A stretch of 63,980 nucleotides of DNA, counting the filler, from Diploschistes diacapsis (Eukaryota): NCBI GenBank assembly GCA_023645945.1. It is 8 parts of 8 records of this genome, joined end to end, with 100 filler letters (N's around TTAATTAATTAA, not from the genome) between each part and the next. Parts side by side here need not be neighbours in the genome. Positions count along the whole stretch, not along the records: positions 59,426 to 63,980 come from JALAIB010001684.1; 7 more parts are not named here. One strand, written 5' to 3'. The notes beneath the pieces were generated by a model. It did not search any database. It was given only the letters and a program-made list of their open reading frames with translations, and was not told the DNA's origin. The translations under genes were made by a program, and so were the position numbers. Positions 62,116-63,980 of this stretch are shown here, in pieces; positions within the stretch are counted from its first letter, which is position 1; each line of letters starts with the position of its first letter.

Positions 62116-62559
62116 AAGGCTGTGGAGCGTGTTTGAAGGGTCAGCGCCTGCGTATTGCGCCCAAGCGCATATATGCCCCGACTACGAGTTATATTAAATG
62201 TCCAAGCTATGGTGGATCCTACCATGTAATGTCGTCAGCGTCAGGCGCGTAAAGACATATTGAGGAAGGTTAGGATCTCAGCATTGGCCAGCGCGAGACA
62301 TCACTCATGATTTTTATGTCATGAATCTGGAAAATAAATCAAATAAACCCTTTCGCACTGTCTCAAAACAATATTAGGGTGTATGTTGCATTCCGGTGAG
62401 CTTGATCGGTGCAGGGATCCTACCGCTTCAAACCAGCCGAGCCTCAGTATCACAGAAGTCGACCTAGTTCCTCGAAGTACTATAGGTACATAGAGGCCAC
62501 AACAGCGTCCTGTATAGGCCAGGTAGGAACTCTTACTCAAGGCTACTACTCCTCCAATA

Positions 62560-63980
62560 TCCGATCTCAATGGCAAGGATCTGCGGATCCTGCCCCTTGG
62601 AGGTAGACTTATCCTGCTGTTTCATATTGACAAGGCGACTAACGCTTAGGCAGATTCAATCACTTGGGCTATGGAAGCAGCGACTGGAACGGCTGTCGCG
62701 AATATCTACTAAACGAGCTAATCGGTAACAATGTCGAATACATCGGATCCGGCGTCACCGGCCAGATGGAGAAGAACGCCAACGAGGGACGACCCGGCGA
62801 GCGGATCAACCAAACCCTCAAGTTCAGCGCCGGGGCACTCCACCAACGACCCAACGTCATCCTCCTGAACGTCGGCAACAACGACTGCGTCTACCAAGAC
62901 GACGTCGCCGGCCCCTCCGCCCGCCTCACCAAGCTCCTGGACGCCATCTTCTCCACATGCTCCGATGCCACCGTCCTCCTCTCCACTCTCGGCCCCTCCT
63001 CGAACACCCACTATATCACCCGCTTCGCCACCATCGACGCCACTATGCCCGCCATCGCCCGCTCCCTCGTCCGCCGCGGCAAGCACGTCCTCGTTGCCAA
63101 CACTTCCGCCATCGCTCTCGACGCCGACATGTTCGACGACTTGCACACGAACGACGCCGGCTACGCCAAAATGGCCCACGCCTTCTACCTCGCCCTCGAC
63201 ACCGCCCACTCGCTCGGCTGGCTGTTCGCGCCCGTAGCCGTGCCCCGCAAGACCCTCGCCCTCGAAACTGCCTGCACCTCACCGCCCGCCTGGGAAAAGC
63301 TGCCCGGCGCCGCCCTCTTCGCCGGCTTCCGCGACACCCCAGCCAGCACGCGCTTCTTCTTCGGCGACCTCGACGGCGACGGCCGCAACGACCTGCTGGT
63401 CCTCGCCCCCGACGGCGCTGCGCAGCCGTACATCAATCTACCGAACCCGCTGCCGGATCTGGACAAGCTAGTTGAGTGGTGGCCAGCGGACGTGTTGCAC
63501 ATGCCGGCTACTTTCCCCTCTACCTCCATCTCCTCCTCCTCCTCCACCTCTGAACCCAACTCTGAACCCCTCTCATCTCCTGCCCCCTCGACCGCGTCCG
63601 CCGCCGACGACCACCCCTCCCCGCTCCTCCTCCTCGCCGACCTCACAGCCTCCACCTTCTCCTCCCTCCTCTACCTCTATCCGAACGGCAGCATCTACGC
63701 CGCGCAGAACACAGGCCCCGAACCCCCGTCTCGGCACCCTCGTCTTCTCCGCCCCAGTGCTCATCGCCGACGCTTCGAGACTCGAACCCCCGCTCCCCGT
63801 CGCGGGCGATTTGCCGGGATTACGATTCGCGGATATGGACGGGGACGGGCGCGCGGATTTGCTGTATTTGGACGAGGACGTGGACGAGAAAGGCGGGAGG
63901 GTCAGGGCGTGGTTGAACAGGGCGGATTTGGGAAGACATTCGAGGGGGACGGCGGAGCCGATGAGGGTGACTATCGAGTG
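62560..63980 (+). pseudogene. SGNH hydrolase (CE3-like) with FG-GAP/VCBS repeats, apparently disrupted; runs off the window
   Basis: LRILPLG|DSITW (intron 62603-62653), EGRPG, RPNVILLNVGNND, DDLHTNDAGYAKMA, GDLDGDGRNDLL and ADMDGDGRADLL. Frameshifts at ~62666 and ~63725, and TAG stops in the upstream frame. Confidence 0.8.

Overview
Eukaryotic fungal DNA (Pezizomycotina, probably Eurotiomycetes-like, judged from GT..CTRAC..YAG introns, gene set and RIP-type mutation). It is not one locus. Seven identical 100-nt linkers (44 N + TTAATTAATTAA + 44 N) join eight contigs, and the six complete inner ones fall steadily in length (5177, 5175, 5172, 5164, 5154, 5152 nt). This points to size-ordered concatenation, so adjacency across linkers means nothing. 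Recognisable housekeeping genes: Sds3-like, VMA6, Rgf3/Tus1-type RhoGEF, Tudor-SN (snd1), eIF6, BET5, Seb1/MsnA, a RING-H2 ligase, a ZIP transporter, DPH6, PSF2 and a MAPEG protein. Accessory content is mostly decayed: a ~13 kb stretch of dead ORFs with hidden diverged tandem repeats, a collapsing diterpene (CPS/KS + three P450) cluster hit by a Tc1/mariner element, pogo/Fot1-like and hAT-like termini, and a frameshifted SGNH/FG-GAP gene. Two signals stand out. (1) An AT-rich, RIP-destroyed contig (43656-48819), nearly invisible in the ORF track, still reads in one frame as a KDM4-like JmjC demethylase domain fused through an NLS and charged linker to a Ulp1/C48 SUMO-protease domain, a candidate repeat-borne anti-silencing module. 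(2) A predicted ~410-nt 5'UTR intron of Tudor-SN is almost entirely filled by nested base-paired stems, a candidate structured RNA. All domain calls are by eye, with no database searches.
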